Shown: in pieces, positions 8,132 through 16,493 of the stretch | How the letters are laid out: each line of letters begins with the position of its first letter | Numbering within the stretch: position 1 is the first letter of the stretch | Source of the DNA: Candidatus Micrarchaeota archaeon | Lineage (GTDB): Archaea > Micrarchaeota > Micrarchaeia > Norongarragalinales > UBA97 | Assembly (NCBI GenBank): GCA_016217775.1 | Contig: JACRGG010000036.1 | Location: 1 to 24,237, forward strand | Length of the DNA stretch: 24,237 bases | Direction of reading: 5' to 3' | Position numbers and translations under genes: made by a program | The notes under the pieces: generated by a model | What the model saw: the letters and a program-made list of their open reading frames with translations, nothing else | What the model was told of the DNA's origin: nothing | The model's database searches: none

Positions 8132-9559
8132 ATGGAACAAAAGCAAGTGGAGAAGCCGGCGCATTCGGGGCAGTCGGCGCAGTCCGGCCAGTCCGAGTCG
8201 GTAATCGGCCTCGAAGTCCACGTGCAGTTGGATGCGCAAAGCAAATTGTTCTGCCGATGCTCGACCGATTATAGGAACAACGCGCCGAATCATAACGTGT
8301 GCGTAACGTGCACGTCGCACCCGGGAGCAAAGCCGTGGGGGGTGAACGAGTCCGCCATCAAAAACGTCGTTAAAATCGCCCTCGCGCTAGGCTGCAAGCT
8401 TAAAGTAGGCGAGCCTATCTTCATACAGAGAAAACACTACTTCTACCCCGACTTGGCATCCGGCTACCAGCGTACTTCAAAGCCGTTTGCAACAGGCGGG
8501 GAATTACTCGGCGTGGGCATCACAGAAGTGCACTTGGAGGAGGACCCCGGGAATTACGAGTTGAAAAAAGGCTTGGTTGACTTTAACCGCTCGGGAATCC
8601 CGCTCATTGAGATAGTCACCGACCCCGATATGACTACGCCAAGCCAAGCGCGAGAGTTCTTGGAGGAAATCTCGGCAATCCTAGATTACCTCAATGCGGT
8701 AAGCAGCGAACCTGGCTCGATGCGAGTCGACGCCAATTTTTCGATTCGCGGCCACCCGCGCGCCGAGGTAAAAAACATCAATTCGTTCAAAGGGGTTTAC
8801 ACCGCGCTGACGTTCGAGCACTCGAGGCATTTGAATATGATTAAGAACAACCTCCCGCTGTTTTTGGAAACAAGGCATTTTGACGAAGCCAAGGGCTCCA
8901 CCATAACCCTGCGCCGCAAGGAAACGGTTGACGACTACCGTTATTTTCCCGACCCCGACGTTCCGCCGATAGTCTTGACGAAAGAGTTCATTGACGCGGT
9001 TAGAAAAGAATTGCCTGAGCTCCCAAGAGAAAAGCGCGAGCGGTTCGTCAAATCCTACAAGATTTTGCCAGAAGAGGCTTTCGCGATTTGCCTGGAGAAA
9101 TTACTTGCCGACGCTTTCGAAAAAGTCGGCAAGAAGATAAAGCCGCAACTTGCCGCGGGGTTTTTCCGCGGAGTGCTGCGAAAGCAGTTGAACTACCGCA
9201 CGCTATCGTTTAGGGACTCGCAGTTGACTCCCGATGTTTTGGTTGAATTGCTGTCATTGGTTGAAGGCAATCAAGTTACAGAGAAGGTGGGAGAGCAGTT
9301 GCTGATTGCAGTGTTGGAAAAGAAAGCGTCTTCGCCTAAAAAATTCGCGCAAGAACACGGCTTGATTGGCGTTGCGGACAAAAGCGAGCTCGAGCCGATT
9401 GTGGACAAGGTGATTGCCGTCAATCCCAAGCCTGTGAAAGACTTTTTAGCGGGCGAAGGGAAGGCGCTTCATTTTCTTGCGGGAATCGTAATGAAGCAAA
9501 CCCACGGCAAGGCCGACCCGGCTCAAGTCCAGGCAATGCTGAAAAAGAAAATCAAGTAG
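8132..9559 (+). CDS. gatB: Aspartyl/glutamyl-tRNA(Asn/Gln) amidotransferase subunit B
   Basis: VIGLEVHVQL, RKHYFYPDL, EVHLEEDPG, VDFNRSGIPLIEIVT, MRVDANFS, RRKETVDDYRYFPDPD, and a C-terminal Yqey-like domain. Confidence 0.96.
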   Translation: MEQKQVEKPAHSGQSAQSGQSESVIGLEVHVQLDAQSKLFCRCSTDYRNNAPNHNVCVTCTSHPGAKPWGVNESAIKNVVKIALALGCKLKVGEPIFIQRKHYFYPDLASGYQRTSKPFATGGELLGVGITEVHLEEDPGNYELKKGLVDFNRSGIPLIEIVTDPDMTTPSQAREFLEEISAILDYLNAVSSEPGSMRVDANFSIRGHPRAEVKNINSFKGVYTALTFEHSRHLNMIKNNLPLFLETRHFDEAKGSTITLRRKETVDDYRYFPDPDVPPIVLTKEFIDAVRKELPELPREKRERFVKSYKILPEEAFAICLEKLLADAFEKVGKKIKPQLAAGFFRGVLRKQLNYRTLSFRDSQLTPDVLVELLSLVEGNQVTEKVGEQLLIAVLEKKASSPKKFAQEHGLIGVADKSELEPIVDKVIAVNPKPVKDFLAGEGKALHFLAGIVMKQTHGKADPAQVQAMLKKKIK

Positions 9560-9636
9560 TTATTGTTTGCTTGTTTTTTGCCTATTGCTTATTCTCTACC
9601 AATACCCTTAAATATATCTTTGTTATCTTTGTTATC

Positions 9637-9906
9637 ATGGTTGACGTGTTTATCCGCAATGTTGACGAAAAAATCTACCAAAGGTTTAAATCCCGCGCCG
9701 CGCAGGAGGGACTTGGCTTGGGCGAGGCTTTCGGCCAAATAGTCGAGAAGGGCACTTTCGAGAAGAAAGGCGCTGCCGGCTGGCTGGCCCTTCCTAAATT
9801 AAAGCTTGGAAAATATGCGAGCAGGAAAATTGATGAAATAGTCGGGGAAGAGATGCTGGATGATTATAATAGATACAAGCGTTCTGGTAGCAAGCGTAAA
9901 CGCTGA
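9637..9906 (+). CDS. vapB: Antitoxin, FitA/VapB-like ribbon-helix-helix
   Basis: Start reassigned to ATG 9637: MVDVFIRNVDEKIYQRFKSRAAQEG matches the FitA-like RHH pattern. It lies directly upstream of and overlaps a PIN gene. CTTAAA box at 9607-9612. Confidence 0.75.
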   Translation: MVDVFIRNVDEKIYQRFKSRAAQEGLGLGEAFGQIVEKGTFEKKGAAGWLALPKLKLGKYASRKIDEIVGEEMLDDYNRYKRSGSKRKR

Positions 9907-10228
9907 TGAGGACGACTATGAAGAGGCTGTAGGGAAGCTAAATGCCGCCACCTCGTCTGGAGAATCCCAATTCATTACTTACGGGGTATTAGTGGAGCTG
10001 GCTGGCGTATTGTCTAGAAAAAACGGCAAGGAGTTTGCCGCAGAATATGTTCAAAAAGTTTTTGAAAACTTCAGTATCCTGCCTGCATCCGACATCGGCC
10101 AAACAATCGAGTTTTTTCAATCAAGCTATAGAAAACTCAGCCTAGTGGACTGCGAGGTAATCCTCGCCTCAAGGCAACACGCAGCCAGCGTATTATCGTT
10201 GGACAAAGAACTGCTTAAGGCGCTTTAA
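9860..10228 (+). CDS. vapC: PIN-domain ribonuclease toxin (VapC-like)
   Basis: IIIDTSVLVA, VLVELAGVL, LSLVDCEVI and LSLDKEL supply the acidic PIN active-site residues; 122 aa. Confidence 0.9.
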   Translation: MIIIDTSVLVASVNADEDDYEEAVGKLNAATSSGESQFITYGVLVELAGVLSRKNGKEFAAEYVQKVFENFSILPASDIGQTIEFFQSSYRKLSLVDCEVILASRQHAASVLSLDKELLKAL

Positions 10229-10757
10229 CTCTCGTTTTTTTCCTGCTTAATTCGATTCCTTTTTCCAGCCTTTTAATCCACTCTCTTATTGGAACTGCAG
10301 TTCGTATGGGCGACCCGACTTTTTCGAGCTGTTTTTTTCTCCGTTCATTTGGGCTTATGCCCGTGCTCGCGTGCGTTATTCCAAAACGCGGGTTTCTTAA
10401 AAAGTGCTTGAGGCACTCTCGCTCAAGAAAATAGCCCAGTCCGGGCAAGAACCTCTTCTCCCTGGGCAGCCAGGATAAGTTTCCCTTTGGACGATATATG
10501 ACGCTGCTGGCAATATGACCGTCGTAAACAATGTAGTTTATCAATCCGTTCATTACCTGTTTTTCACCATCGCCAAATAATTGCCTTATTTCCTCGGCGA
10601 ATTTCTCCGGAACCCTTTTTGTCCCAACCAGCGAAAGCCCAACATTGTCTTCCTGAATTTTTTTTTCAAAAAACTGTTTTCTTCCAGTAAAGAGCGTAAA
10701 CGCGTGGCTATTGTTTCCGGCAGCGTGGTAAACCCCGAAATGCAGTGCCGGCTTCAT
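10215..10757 (-). CDS. Hypothetical protein (orphan; weak GNAT-like segment)
   Basis: 180-aa ORF with an ATG start and AGGTGA RBS 7 nt upstream. LPGLGYFLERECLKHF loosely resembles GNAT motif A. Confidence 0.7.
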   Translation of the reverse strand: MKPALHFGVYHAAGNNSHAFTLFTGRKQFFEKKIQEDNVGLSLVGTKRVPEKFAEEIRQLFGDGEKQVMNGLINYIVYDGHIASSVIYRPKGNLSWLPREKRFLPGLGYFLERECLKHFLRNPRFGITHASTGISPNERRKKQLEKVGSPIRTAVPIREWIKRLEKGIELSRKKTRVKAP

Positions 10758-10764
10758 TTCTTTT

Positions 10765-11398
10765 TCACCTACTTTTTGTCATTTTTCTAGCTAGAATAAA
10801 CACTTTGTTGTAATTGAACTCGTTTTTTCTTGGCGGTCGCTTGGTTGCCTTGATTATCTTAAAGCCGCGGTTTCTTAGTTTTTCTTTAAGCTCGCGTATT
10901 GTAAAAAAGTCTAGGAAAATCTTTTTTCCAGGCAAAAAGGGTTCTTCAACAAACTTTTCTCCAACTCCCTCCTGGGTTGAAATAAGGACCACTCCGTTTT
11001 TTGAAAGCAGTTTGCTGAATTTATCCAGTATTTTGTCCACTTGGTTTTTTTGGAACGTGAATCAGCGAGTAGAACGCGATTATTCCATCAAAACTTTGGC
11101 TTGGAAAACTGATTTTTCGAATATCTTTGACCAAAAACTTTCATTTTGGGTGCGTTTTTTTGGCGACTTTAATCATTTCTTTTGACAAGTCAATTCCAAC
11201 GTATTTTGCCTTGCTTTTTTCAAACCAGTCAAAGTAATCGCAGTTTCCGCATCCTACGTCCAATACCCTTTTCTTTTTTGCAAGCAGCTTGATGAATTGC
11301 TTCACTAAATTAGCTTCCTTTGGCTTTGGTTTAAACGACTCCGCATATTTTGATGCAATCTTGTCGTAAATTCCAACTGCCTGCATTGACTTATCCAT
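10765..11398 (-). pseudogene. Class I SAM-dependent methyltransferase, interrupted by an in-frame TGA and a +1 frameshift
   Basis: Motif I VLDVGCGNC, then VGIDLSKEM. TGA at 11141-11143 (codon 86). The same frame continues KFLVKDIRKISFPSQSFDGIIAFYSLIHVPK, then one extra A in an A7 run (11045-11051) shifts to QVDKILDKFSKLLSKNGVVLIS. The span is 634 nt = 211 codons + 1. Confidence 0.85.
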
Positions 11399-11402
11399 TA
11401 GT

Positions 11403-12446
11403 TCACCTAAACGGCCTGTTGTTTCGCCTTAAAGTCAAGTTCGCGCTCGGCAACCGCGAGAACAACTCGTGGCAAGCGAACTCCATTTCCTTCGGGTCCA
11501 AAGTCGCCCGCAAGTCCGCCTCGATTAAAACCGCGGGGTAGCCGTAAGCGCGGTGAGTCTTAGAGAGCGAGTAAACCAAATTAATTCCAGCCTCGCTTTG
11601 TTCCTGGCCCACGTTTAGAAAATCTATCCGCAATGGCCGATCGAACTCTACTGCGCGAATGTACGTGGTATTGATTTTCCCGCCCCACTCCCCCAAGTCC
11701 TTTACCGCCAGCTCGCTTTGCGAGTATTTCAAAAAACTCGTCCGCTCGCCGACTTTCAATAAATGCGCGAGGAAGCTCGAGTCGTTCGAGTAATTCAATG
11801 CGCGAAAGAATTCTTTCTCCAACTCCGCGTTTTCCTTCAAGTTCTCCAAAAAATTTCTTCCCTTGGAATCCTTGATTACTCCCGCGAGAAAACAATTTTG
11901 TTTCGCGCACGAATCGTACAATTGCTTGAACTTAGCGATTACCCGCTCGTAAGTGTCGTAAAGCGAGCTTTCCTTGTTCGGCTTGTCCGCCGGGTGCGGC
12001 ACTATGCTCCCGTCGAGGAACAACGCGTTTGGAGAAAACTTTTCCACGCAATCAATCGCGCAATCCAACTCGCTTTCAACGCGTGTGAGGTTCTTGAACC
12101 AATTAAACTCGTGGGACGCTAAAGCGTGCATATTCTTTATTTGCGGCTGCGGAAACGCGCTCGGGTAATACTCGTGCTTTTCTTTTTTCCCCGCCTTGTA
12201 ATCAAAGCAAGCCCCCGCGCTTCTAACCAGCAATAAGTCAACAAAGTGGAGTTCCTCGCCTAAAATCCCGCCGTCAACAGCGCAAACCCTTCCCTCAACT
12301 TTTACTTCAGTAAGCAAGTTCACGATTTTCTGCTCGAGAAAGCTTCTTGAAACGGTTTGAACCCCGCGCGCCTTGGCCGCGGCTTGGCTGCGCTGCGCCT
12401 CGAGGGACTTTAATTCCTCGATGACTTTGTCAAAGCTTTGGTCCAT
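11403..12446 (-). CDS. nurA: DNA double-strand break repair nuclease NurA
   Basis: CAVDGG, LFLDGSI, GVIKDSKGR and GYPAVLIEADLRA motifs. Start placed at ATG 12446 (MDQSFDK) rather than TTG 12488. Confidence 0.9.
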   Translation of the reverse strand: MDQSFDKVIEELKSLEAQRSQAAAKARGVQTVSRSFLEQKIVNLLTEVKVEGRVCAVDGGILGEELHFVDLLLVRSAGACFDYKAGKKEKHEYYPSAFPQPQIKNMHALASHEFNWFKNLTRVESELDCAIDCVEKFSPNALFLDGSIVPHPADKPNKESSLYDTYERVIAKFKQLYDSCAKQNCFLAGVIKDSKGRNFLENLKENAELEKEFFRALNYSNDSSFLAHLLKVGERTSFLKYSQSELAVKDLGEWGGKINTTYIRAVEFDRPLRIDFLNVGQEQSEAGINLVYSLSKTHRAYGYPAVLIEADLRATLDPKEMEFACHELFSRLPSANLTLRRNNRPFR

Positions 12447-12470
12447 CAAGGTAGAACAAGTGAGACTTGG

Positions 12471-12478
12471 TTTATAAA
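12471..12478. promoter_or_regulatory. Palindromic TATA box TTTATAAA, potentially shared by the divergent nurA and pth2 genes
   Basis: The 8-mer is its own reverse complement and lies 25 nt from the nurA ATG and 40 nt from the pth2 ATG, within a 71-nt intergenic gap. Confidence 0.6.
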
Positions 12479-12517
12479 TTCTCGTCAAGTATTAATCCAT
12501 TAGAGGTTTCTCCGTTT

Positions 12518-12865
12518 ATGAAGCAAGTGATAGTCTTAAGAAAAGACTTGGATATGGGCAAAGGAAAGCTAGTCGCGCAAGGCGCTCACGCGAGCATCGA
12601 GTCGTTTCTCCAAGCGTTCCAGAAAAAACAGGATTGGGTAGCCGAGTGGTTCTTCCAAGGCCAAACCAAGGTCTGCCTGAAAGTAGACAATGAAAAAGAA
12701 CTCTTTTCTGTGTTCAGCGCCGCGCAGAAAAAAAAGCTTCCCTGCTCGTTGATTCACGACGCGGGCAGGACTCAAATCAAGGCGGGAAGCGCAACCGCAG
12801 TTGCAATCGGCCCAGCGCCAGACGACAAAATCGATGAAATAACTGGAAAACTAAAATTGTTGTAA
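12518..12865 (+). CDS. pth2: Peptidyl-tRNA hydrolase Pth2
   Basis: MKQVIVLRKDLDMGKGKLVAQGAHA, IHDAGRTQI and TAVAIGP. Start reassigned to ATG 12518. Confidence 0.96.
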   Translation: MKQVIVLRKDLDMGKGKLVAQGAHASIESFLQAFQKKQDWVAEWFFQGQTKVCLKVDNEKELFSVFSAAQKKKLPCSLIHDAGRTQIKAGSATAVAIGPAPDDKIDEITGKLKLL

Positions 12866-12897
12866 AAACCTTTTCTCAATTGCAATAATTACTTCAC

Positions 12898-13809
12898 TTA
12901 ACTCAGCCACTTGTCGTATTTCTTGTCTTCGCCTTTAACGATTTGAAAAAACTTTTCTTGAAGCTTCTTTGTTATTGGCCCGCGCTTGCCGCTTCCAATA
13001 ATTTTCTTGTCAACAGAGCGGATTGGAGTGACTTCAGCCGCCGTTCCGGTGAAAAACAATTCGTCGGCATCAAACAATTCATCGCGCTCAATCGGCCGCT
13101 CAACCACTTTAATCCCAAACTCCTTAGCGATTTGAATAATGCTGTCTCGGGTTATTCCCTTTAAGATTCCCTCCCCAACGCTTGGAGTAACCAACTCGCT
13201 GTTTTTCACCAAGAAAATGTTTTCCCCCGGGCCTTCAGCAACCCGCCCCTCAATATTAAGCATAATAGCTTCGTCAAAGCCGTTGTTGACCGCATCCAAT
13301 TTTCCCAAAATCGAGTTCGCGTAATTCCCAGAGCACTTGGCTTGCATTGGGAGAGTGCTTGAGTGAATCCTCCTCCACTTGGAAATCTTCGCGTTGATTC
13401 CCTTCTCGAGTCCCTCTTCCCCCAAGTAAGTCCCCCAAGGCCAGCAAGCAATCAGCGCTTCTACTTTAGCTCCTTTAGGGTTTAATCCCATATGGCCGTA
13501 GCCGTAGAAAACAAGCGGGCGGATGTAGCACGCGTCAACCTTGTTTTCCTTAATCAACTCAAGCGTTGCGGCCTCAAATTCCTTGGCAGTGTACGGAGAA
13601 GGGATTTCGTAGGACTCGCAGCTTTTAATCAACCGCGCCATATGCTCCTGCAAGCGAAACACCGCGGGGCCTTTGCTCGTCTTGTAGCACCGTATTCCCT
13701 CGAAAACGCCGCTCCCGTAGTGAAGCGAGTGGTTTAGCGCGTGGATTGTAGCGTCCTTCCACGCAACGTTTTTTCCGTTGAACCAAATGAACTTAGTTTC
13801 GCTAATCAA
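12898..13809 (-). CDS. ilvE: Branched-chain amino acid aminotransferase (PLP fold type IV)
   Basis: LHYGSGVFEGIRCY, AKCSGNY (PLP lysine), EGPGENIF, ILKGITR and FFTGTAAEVTPI. TTG start with a G-rich RBS upstream. Confidence 0.95.
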   Translation of the reverse strand: MISETKFIWFNGKNVAWKDATIHALNHSLHYGSGVFEGIRCYKTSKGPAVFRLQEHMARLIKSCESYEIPSPYTAKEFEAATLELIKENKVDACYIRPLVFYGYGHMGLNPKGAKVEALIACWPWGTYLGEEGLEKGINAKISKWRRIHSSTLPMQAKCSGNYANSILGKLDAVNNGFDEAIMLNIEGRVAEGPGENIFLVKNSELVTPSVGEGILKGITRDSIIQIAKEFGIKVVERPIERDELFDADELFFTGTAAEVTPIRSVDKKIIGSGKRGPITKKLQEKFFQIVKGEDKKYDKWLS

Positions 13810-13898
13810 GTCAATCCCCCTTCGCTGTTGCCGCGCGCAGGAAAGTATTGTTATAGAATGGGATTATTAATTAAGGTTTTTCAATAACTTGTTTAACT

Positions 13899-16490
13899 AT
13901 GATTTCATCGTTGCGCCTCACGCGATTCAAGTCCCACGAGCTAACGCAGCTAAGCTTCTCAAAGGGAACTAATTTGCTCATCGGCCCGATGGGCGCGGGC
14001 AAGAGTTCGGTGATGGACGCGATTTGCTTCGCTCTCTACGGGACTTTCCCGGCGCTGAAAAGCCACAAGATTACCCTCGACGAAGTCATTACCGCAAGGC
14101 CGGTAAAGCAAAACGACGCGAAAGTCCAGCTTAATTTCGCGTACAACGGCGGAAACTACCTAGTCGAGCGCTCGATTAAGGACGGCGCTGTCGAAGCGTA
14201 CTTCCACCGCGACTCAAAACTATTGGAGGGGCCCAACACGACTAAAGTCACCGGGGAAGTAGAGCGATTGCTCGGAGTCGACTACGATTTGTTCACGCGC
14301 GCGATTTACAGCGAGCAAAACAAGCTTGACTACTTCATTACGATGGGAAAAGGCGAGCGCAAGAAAATCCTCGACGAACTCCTTGGAATTGACCGCTTCG
14401 AGCAAGCCCGCTCGAGTGCCGGAACCCTAGTCTCGCGGTTGCGCGACGCGAAGAAGGAAGCCGCCGCGTTCTTGGACGCGAGCGACGAGAAAAACGTCTT
14501 GGAACAGTCGGCTTGCCTTTCAAAAGACGTTGCGCAGTTAACATCTCAAATCGCGTCATTCGACAAGTCATTCTCGCAGCTGTCCGCGCAGTCAACTCAA
14601 TTGCTTGAAAAAAAATCATTGCTTGAGAAAAAAAGCGCCGCGCATTCCAATCTTGAAAAAAAACTTGCGTCGGCAACCTCTGTTTTGGAGAGCTTGAAGA
14701 GCCAAGCGTCGCAAATCCAGCTGCAAGCGGCTCAAGTGGCGCAAACTGTTTCCAAACAAGGGCTAGCCGAGCAAAAAAAGAGCGTGGAGCAGAAAATAAC
14801 GCAATTGCGCTACGCTCAAACCGCGTTGGCGGAGTATTTAGCGAAGAAAACCTTGCTGGAGAGGGAACTTGAGGCGTTAAACAAAGCCATCGGCCAGTAC
14901 TCTCACTTGGCGGGCAAGGCAAAGCCCGACTTGGCGTCTAAAAAAACGGCGTTGCGCGAGGAGGAAAAGCAGTTCACCCAAAAAGAATCGCTGGCCAAAT
15001 CACTCGAGGAGAAAATCAGGCAGGCGAAGCTCTCGTCCGCCAAGCTAATCTTATTGCAGAAAGACGAGGAGGGCATCTTGCAGAAACTCGAGTTGACCGC
15101 CGCGCAGTTATCAAAGTTCGATGGCGTCGGGCAGAAAAAAGACGCGGTCAAGGACTTGCTTTCGTCATTGAAAGAGCGCGAGAAGCAAATTAACGACTCG
15201 ATTACCCACTTGTCAAGCGACACTACGTTGTGCCCGGTGTGCAGCACCGCGCTTACCGACGAGCACAAGGCGCGCATTGGCGGGGAGAAAAAGGACGCGC
15301 TCGGCAAAATCGCGGGCGAAAAGCAGTTGCTTGAGTCTCAACTCTCGCAATTAGCGGCGCAACTCGAGCAAAAGACTTTCCTTGACGCTGCAAAAACCGC
15401 GTTGGAGCAAAAGCTTGCGGTGATTGCGGAGAAAAAACCTCTTTTCGCGGCAGTCGAGCCTGTTCACGTTCTTGAAAAACAGTTTTCCGACGAGAAAATA
15501 ATTCTTTCAACCGCCGAAAAGCACAAGGCGGAATTGCTTGCGTCCCTCGAGTCGGACGAGCGGCTTTCAAGCGAGTTAGTAAAGCTTCAGTCAATCGAGG
15601 AGCAAAAGCAGAAGCTCGCCGGGCAACTGCATTACTTGGGGGAAAAGCCGAGTTTCGACCAGAAAACATTGGATGAATTAAGCGAGAAGCAAATCCAGTT
15701 ATCTAAGGCAAGCGAGTTTTTCGCCATACAAGAAAAAATCGAGGAAGTAACGCTGGGGCGAAATTCTGTTGAGCGCGAACTCGCCTCTCTCTCGTTTAAC
15801 AAAACTGATTTGGAGAACGCGACCGCGCAGTATCATTCTGCTGAAAAACAGTTAGTCGCAGTTTCCGGCGAGAAGAAAAGCGCGTCCGCGTTGCTTGCGG
15901 ACAAGTCGACTAGCTTGGAGAAGCTAGCGGTTAAGCAAAAAACTATTGAGGAAAAAAAGAGGCAATTCTCCGCCCTCGAGAAAAAAATCGAGTCCGTGCT
16001 CGTGTTTCAAAACTGCCTGCTGGAAACCCAGGCCCAATTGCGGACGGACTTGTGCACTGCGGTGAACCAGGCGATGTCAACAATTTGGCCCACTATCTAC
16101 CCTTACGGCGACTTTACTTCATTGAAATTAACTCCGTCCGCAACCGATTACTCCCTCGAGCTTCTAGCGGGAAAAGAGTGGACTCCAATCGAGCAGGCGT
16201 CGGGGGGAGAGAAGACTTGCGCGTCGCTTGCCTTGCGAATCGCGTTCGCGATGGTATTAACGCCAAGCTTAAGCTGGATAGTGCTTGACGAGCCCACGCA
16301 TAACCTCGACGCGCAGGCGGTGAACCGCTTGATTCGAATGTTGCACTTGGACTTGCCGTCGATAATCGGCCAGATATTCATTATCACCCACGACGAGCAG
16401 TTAAAGGAGGGAGCGAGCGGGAAGCTCTATAAAGTCGAGCGAGACAAGGACTCGTTCGAAAAGTCGGTTGTTGAAGAACTCGCGTTGTGA
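13899..16490 (+). CDS. rad50: Rad50 (SMC-like DSB repair ATPase)
   Basis: Walker A GPMGAGKSS, Q-loop YSEQN, long coiled coils with a central CPVC zinc hook, signature SGGE, Walker B/D-loop VLDEPTHNLD and H-loop ITHD. Confidence 0.93.
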   Translation: MISSLRLTRFKSHELTQLSFSKGTNLLIGPMGAGKSSVMDAICFALYGTFPALKSHKITLDEVITARPVKQNDAKVQLNFAYNGGNYLVERSIKDGAVEAYFHRDSKLLEGPNTTKVTGEVERLLGVDYDLFTRAIYSEQNKLDYFITMGKGERKKILDELLGIDRFEQARSSAGTLVSRLRDAKKEAAAFLDASDEKNVLEQSACLSKDVAQLTSQIASFDKSFSQLSAQSTQLLEKKSLLEKKSAAHSNLEKKLASATSVLESLKSQASQIQLQAAQVAQTVSKQGLAEQKKSVEQKITQLRYAQTALAEYLAKKTLLERELEALNKAIGQYSHLAGKAKPDLASKKTALREEEKQFTQKESLAKSLEEKIRQAKLSSAKLILLQKDEEGILQKLELTAAQLSKFDGVGQKKDAVKDLLSSLKEREKQINDSITHLSSDTTLCPVCSTALTDEHKARIGGEKKDALGKIAGEKQLLESQLSQLAAQLEQKTFLDAAKTALEQKLAVIAEKKPLFAAVEPVHVLEKQFSDEKIILSTAEKHKAELLASLESDERLSSELVKLQSIEEQKQKLAGQLHYLGEKPSFDQKTLDELSEKQIQLSKASEFFAIQEKIEEVTLGRNSVERELASLSFNKTDLENATAQYHSAEKQLVAVSGEKKSASALLADKSTSLEKLAVKQKTIEEKKRQFSALEKKIESVLVFQNCLLETQAQLRTDLCTAVNQAMSTIWPTIYPYGDFTSLKLTPSATDYSLELLAGKEWTPIEQASGGEKTCASLALRIAFAMVLTPSLSWIVLDEPTHNLDAQAVNRLIRMLHLDLPSIIGQIFIITHDEQLKEGASGKLYKVERDKDSFEKSVVEELAL

Positions 16491-16493
16491 GAG

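Noticed and set aside
862-9589. Shared intergenic motif TTGCTTG...TGCCTATTGCT at 862-879 and 9567-9589
   Set aside because: There are only two copies, with different spacing and opposite orientation relative to their genes. An 11-mer match is expected by chance in 24 kb.
9560-11402. Prophage, IS or integrative element
   Set aside because: No integrase, transposase, terminal inverted repeats, att-like direct repeats or viral genes were seen.
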